This document shows, in pieces, positions 59,827 to 64,000 of a stretch of DNA of 64,000 nucleotides (its first letter is position 1; the number at the start of each line of letters is the position of its first letter). Both the position numbers and the translations under genes were made by a program. A model generated the notes under the pieces. The model worked only from the letters and a program-made list of their open reading frames with translations, did no database searches and had not been told where the DNA came from. This stretch comes from a bacterium (GTDB lineage: Bacteria > Zhuqueibacterota > Zhuqueibacteria > Residuimicrobiales > Krinioviventaceae), in NCBI GenBank assembly GCA_963675755.2, contig CAXXMD010000003.1, positions 1,568,001 through 1,632,000 of the forward strand. The letters are read 5' to 3'.

Positions 59827-62617
59827 ATTTATATTGTGTCAGCATCGCCCAAATGATCATAACCACCAGGCTTAGACCTAAAATTAGGAAAAAGAAACCA
59901 AAAATACGGGACAGAATGTTTAGCCATCTTGGTGGCTCTGTTTCACGTGTTAAACCTTCCAGTTCTCCGTTTTCTTTTAATTGCTGATATTCTTTGGGCC
60001 TTTCCAGTTTCCATTCCTCATAGGGGACTTTGCCGGTAAAGATAACCGGATCCATGGGAAATTTTTGAGGTCTGAAATGCGTGTTAAAAAAGTGGATTGT
60101 AAAAATAAATCCGGTTGCCAGCAAGGCTTCATCACTGTGAATGATTGTAGCTACATTAATCAGGTAGCCCGGTAAAAAGCGGGTAAAGAATTCCGGAAAC
60201 CAGAGTACAAGTCCAGTTGAGCCAATAACCGCAACACCCCAAAATACTGCAAAGTAATCAAATTTTTCCCAATAGGTCCATCTGCCGTAATGGGGAGCTT
60301 TTTTCCGACCCAGGAACCAGAGGATGGTATGAAAAAAGTCTATAAAATCCTGTTTTGTGGGAATCATTCCGTTTTTGTTAAACATGAATTTCCAGTAATT
60401 CATGCCTCTCTTTTTAGCTTCACGACCAATGTATACAAAGTGGAGAATAAAATAAAGGAACGTAATGATTGCACAAATTCTATGAACAATACCGGCACCT
60501 TCAGCGCCACCAAAGAACTGGCTGATATTATAGGCCCACTCGTAACCGGCAAATTTCAAGCTCATTCCAGTGAGAGCAAGACCAAAAAAGCTTACTATGA
60601 CCATTAAATGCAGTATTCTGGGTAGCCTGCCAAAACGAACAATCCATCGTCTGGGATGTTTGGCCAGATGTTTGTGAATACGAATGCGTTCCCGAATAGA
60701 CCGGGGGATCCATAATATGGTATGAATTCCAAAAAAGGCAAAAACGCCAATTACCAGAAAGGTCATAAACCAGAAAGTGTAAAATAATGCTGGGTATTTG
60801 TCGCGATTGTGATGCGTTGCATGTGTAAGATAGCCGGTAAACTTGCGGTTTGAATTGGGATGACATTGTTTACAGGTTTCTATGATATTGTCCCGACTGA
60901 GTGTTGAAGCTATGTTTGTAGGAGGTAATATATTATGCGATCCATGACAATCGGAACATTTGGCTGCTTTTTCTGAACCCAGTTTAGACACTTTGCCGTG
61001 ATAGGTTTCAAAATAGGTTTCAGTTACATCCTCATGACAGTGACCGCACTGGCCCAGGATCTGCGAACGAAAATCGTCACGGTCTACACGTTCAATTTCG
61101 TGTGATTTGTGGCAATCGTTACAGGCCGGAAGCTCCTTGTCTGTTTTGGAAACCAGGGGGCTGTGAATAGAGGATTTAAACGTCTCGTAAATGCCCAGGT
61201 GACATTTTGAACAGGTTTTTCCTACATTGGTATCATGCACACTTGATTCAGGATTACTTGCCGGCAGTGCGTTATGAGGTGTATGGCAATCGCTGCAAAC
61301 GGCAGATACCATAAGTCCGCTGTCAAACAAGCCTTTGCCGTGAATACTCATGGTGTAATGTTCAATAACCTGGGTTTCTTTACCAGTATACCTGACTGCA
61401 GCTTTTTCTCCTTCCCGGTGGCATTGCGCGCAAAGGGCCGGAATATTGCGGGTAAAGGTTGGGGAGTCTATGTTGTCTCCGGCAAGGATCTTGTGATCAC
61501 CATGACAGTTGGTACAGTTTGGTGCATTTTTATCACCTTTGGCCAGTAATTCACCGTGAATGCTGGTGAAGAAATTGTCAGCCTGTTCAACATGACAGAT
61601 GGAGCAATCTACAGGCCCAGAGTCTTCACAAACAGGACGCTTGCCCCGGCTGACGTTTGTGTGACATTTGATACATGAAATGTTTTGGCCGTGAATGGAA
61701 TGCTGCAAATCACTAGCGTCTACATATAATGAATCTATAGTTCCGTCTTCCATTTTGCGGGTAAGATCTTGTTTTTCGTGACAGTTCATACAATAGTGAT
61801 CTGTAAATTCTTCCGCGTAAAAAACACGGCGTATTTTATGAGGTGAATGACAGTCCACGCAGGCGGGTATGGCATTGGGTTGTTTTTCCCACAATTCCCC
61901 TTTGATCACTTTTTGGTGTACCCGTTCAATCTGCGCGTGGCATTGCATACAGGTACCAGCAATATTGTCTCTATGGATGGAGGATTTGGGATTTGTATGC
62001 GGCAACACATTGTGAGATGTGTGGCAGTTGGTGCAAACGGCTGTAACAATAAGTCCACCCTGAAATAAACCTTCTCCATGAATAGACATGGTATAGTTTT
62101 GAATAATGTCTGACTGGGTGATTCTGTGCCGGCGAGCAACCTCGCTGTCTTCTCTGTGACATTGTCCACATAGCATGGGGATATTCATAACATATGTGGG
62201 TGATTCCGGATTTGTGTTTTTTAAAATCGTATGCTTGTTATGACAATCAACACAGACTGGTGCGTCTTTGTCACCCTTTGTATGTGCAATACCGTGGGTG
62301 CTGAGAGCCAGGTTTTCACCAATGTCATCATGACACATGTTACAATCCACTTTTTCAAGCGGCGTGTCATGCGGAAAATCTTCAACATCTGCGTCAACAT
62401 GGCACGATACACATCCATTTTCTTCATGGACGGTACCCTTTAATGTGTTTTCCGGTATAAAAATAGAAACCGTTTTCCCATCCTTTTCCATGGTAAGGGT
62501 AGCGTCGGAATGACACATTAAACAGTCTTCATCTTCTGCTGAAAAAGAAGGGAGAAACATGAGGAGCATAAGCAATGAAACAAGAACAACACGGATTAAA
62601 TTTGAGGGCTTTTCCAT
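59825..62617 (-). CDS. 19-heme cytochrome c fused to HydC/FdnI-type cytochrome b (CbcL-like)
   Basis: 19 CxxCH counted; C-terminal TM domain with RILHL, IVHRI, YWEKFDYFAVFWG, IIHSDEALLA, HFFNTHFRP; start 62617 or 62626. Confidence 0.92.
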   Translation of the reverse strand: MEKPSNLIRVVLVSLLMLLMFLPSFSAEDEDCLMCHSDATLTMEKDGKTVSIFIPENTLKGTVHEENGCVSCHVDADVEDFPHDTPLEKVDCNMCHDDIGENLALSTHGIAHTKGDKDAPVCVDCHNKHTILKNTNPESPTYVMNIPMLCGQCHREDSEVARRHRITQSDIIQNYTMSIHGEGLFQGGLIVTAVCTNCHTSHNVLPHTNPKSSIHRDNIAGTCMQCHAQIERVHQKVIKGELWEKQPNAIPACVDCHSPHKIRRVFYAEEFTDHYCMNCHEKQDLTRKMEDGTIDSLYVDASDLQHSIHGQNISCIKCHTNVSRGKRPVCEDSGPVDCSICHVEQADNFFTSIHGELLAKGDKNAPNCTNCHGDHKILAGDNIDSPTFTRNIPALCAQCHREGEKAAVRYTGKETQVIEHYTMSIHGKGLFDSGLMVSAVCSDCHTPHNALPASNPESSVHDTNVGKTCSKCHLGIYETFKSSIHSPLVSKTDKELPACNDCHKSHEIERVDRDDFRSQILGQCGHCHEDVTETYFETYHGKVSKLGSEKAAKCSDCHGSHNILPPTNIASTLSRDNIIETCKQCHPNSNRKFTGYLTHATHHNRDKYPALFYTFWFMTFLVIGVFAFFGIHTILWIPRSIRERIRIHKHLAKHPRRWIVRFGRLPRILHLMVIVSFFGLALTGMSLKFAGYEWAYNISQFFGGAEGAGIVHRICAIITFLYFILHFVYIGREAKKRGMNYWKFMFNKNGMIPTKQDFIDFFHTILWFLGRKKAPHYGRWTYWEKFDYFAVFWGVAVIGSTGLVLWFPEFFTRFLPGYLINVATIIHSDEALLATGFIFTIHFFNTHFRPQKFPMDPVIFTGKVPYEEWKLERPKEYQQLKENGELEGLTRETEPPRWLNILSRIFGFFFLILGLSLVVMIIWAMLTQYK

Positions 62618-62788
62618 AATGCACATCTCGTCATTGGTTTATGTTTTTGTGGAATTTATATCAAGTCAGCCAGCCTTGATACAGGACGAGTATGTCTTGG
62701 CAGTCCGTAAAAGAGGTCAAATTGATTGGAATTGTGTTAGAATACCATCATAACAAGGATTCCAACACAAGGCTCTATTTGGTTACAC

Positions 62789-62806
62789 TTGTTCTTTTTT
62801 TCACAA
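62789..62806. promoter_or_regulatory. Weak Rex-like operator upstream of the 19-heme gene
   Basis: TTGTTCT-TTTT-TTCACAA vs Rex consensus TTGTGAA-N4-TTCACAA (one perfect half-site). Confidence 0.35.
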
Positions 62807-63020
62807 AATTGGGTCCTTTATATTCAATATAAGAAAGCATTGAATAGACGCAATACCATTTTTTGAAATTATTTAGAAAATATGCATAATGCGCTTGAGC
62901 TTTTGTTTTGATTATTCCCAATAGCCCAAAAGTAATTATAAAAATGCCGCTTTTTGCTGTACAAAATCAATCATGTTGTTTTTTTATTTATTATTATGGT
63001 TAAAACGATTAAATTTAAAG

Positions 63021-63038
63021 TTGTAAAATAATTCACAA
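63021..63038. promoter_or_regulatory. Rex-like operator upstream of the 7-heme gene
   Basis: TTGTAAA-ATAA-TTCACAA, one mismatch to the Rex consensus, 16 nt before the ATG. Confidence 0.55.
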
Positions 63039-63054
63039 ACCAAAAGAAGAGAAA

Positions 63055-64000
63055 ATGATTTCAAGAAAAATAATATTAACTACTCTACTGTTGCTACTCT
63101 CTTTTTCGGTTACATTTGCCCAATATGATGAACTGTGTCAAGCATGTCATGCTGACAACAGTATTGAGCCGGTGACAGAAAAAGGTGAGATACTTGATTT
63201 ATATCTGCCTGTTGAAGTATACCAGAGTGCTACCCATGGTGAAATGGAATGTACCATGTGTCATATTGAATCGGAAGAAGGTGGTTTTGAAGAATTTCCT
63301 CACTTGCTTGATGCAGCCTCTACGCCCATGTGTCTTGATTGTCATGGTGACGAATTTGAAGAGCAGCATGCAGCGTATGAGCTTAGTTACCATGCTGAAA
63401 AAATCCAGGATTTTAACTGTTTCAAATGTCACGATATTCACAGAGCGAACTTTGATTCGTTAACCCAGGACCTGGAACATGAAATAACATATTATAATGA
63501 CAATTGTTACAACTGTCATGTTGATTCTGCAATTTATGCATATTTATCTGGTAAAGATGCATCAAAACTTGATCTCTCTCATTCATTTTTACCAAGTCGT
63601 GAAATCCACTGGCGCTCAGTTCGTTGTGTGGAATGTCATACACCCGCAGAAGATGCTAATGTACATCATATCGTAGCAGATGACGAAGCGCAGCATAAAT
63701 GCGTTTCCTGTCACTCTCAAAATTCCATATTAACCCACAAGCTGTATCAGTCTGCTACTGCATCTGAGGATGATCAGTTACATCGTATTTTGAATTATTA
63801 TTTGTTCCAGAATGCGTATGTTATAGGTGCAACCCGGTTAACGTTTGTTGATAATTTTATCATTTTATTATTTCTTGCCGCGTTGGCAGGTGTGTTAACT
63901 CATGGTGCGTTACGTATTTATTTTACACGCAATATTAGAAAAAACGGTCCGGAATACGAACTGCATTCCGAATATATTTATAAATTAAACATTCGTATAT
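63055..64000 (+). CDS. 7-heme cytochrome c apparently fused to cytochrome b (CbcA/CbcB-like), runs off window end
   Basis: Hand translation MISRKIILTTLLLLLSFSVTFAQYDELCQACH..., with CTMCH, CLDCH, CFKCH, CYNCH, CVECH, CVSCH, then NAYVIGATR, a TM helix, HGALR and YIYKLNIRI; absent from ORF track. Confidence 0.88.
   Translation, partial: MISRKIILTTLLLLLSFSVTFAQYDELCQACHADNSIEPVTEKGEILDLYLPVEVYQSATHGEMECTMCHIESEEGGFEEFPHLLDAASTPMCLDCHGDEFEEQHAAYELSYHAEKIQDFNCFKCHDIHRANFDSLTQDLEHEITYYNDNCYNCHVDSAIYAYLSGKDASKLDLSHSFLPSREIHWRSVRCVECHTPAEDANVHHIVADDEAQHKCVSCHSQNSILTHKLYQSATASEDDQLHRILNYYLFQNAYVIGATRLTFVDNFIILLFLAALAGVLTHGALRIYFTRNIRKNGPEYELHSEYIYKLNIRI

Noticed and set aside
59939-59954. parS-like TGTTTCACGTG near the origin
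   Set aside because: Right arm (TTAAA) does not match AAACA and it lies inside a CDS

Overview
Core chromosomal window of an AT-rich diderm, probably anaerobic, bacterium (gene content suggests a KSB1/Calditrichota-like lineage; this is inference). It spans the likely replication origin: four perfect DnaA boxes lie between a leftward dnaA-dnaN-recF-dciA-gyrB-gyrA operon and a stand-alone spirochaete/mitochondrial-type EF-G gene. The left part holds glycan-degrading enzymes (GH92, two GH3, a Tat sulfatase), arfB, a GxxExxY nuclease gene flanked by inverted repeats, an envelope glycosylation operon (TPR, DUF4292, GT2, GT4, YfhO), an ABC exporter, bioY and a PlpD-like patatin. The right end (52.4-64 kb) is the most striking region, a respiratory island with at least 42 heme-c motifs. 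It co-locates a Rieske/cytochrome b/9-heme complex, an ImcH-like 7-heme protein, a 19-heme internally duplicated CbcL-like protein and a fused CbcA/CbcB-like 7-heme protein. These resemble the potential-specific inner-membrane quinol oxidases of Geobacter. The island also has Rex-like operators, RBS-occluding leaders and an unannotated structured RNA. Other notable points are a gyrase lacking the canonical GyrA-box and carrying two quinolone-resistance residues, and a candidate anti-SD sRNA. All calls come from reading motifs by eye; no searches were run.
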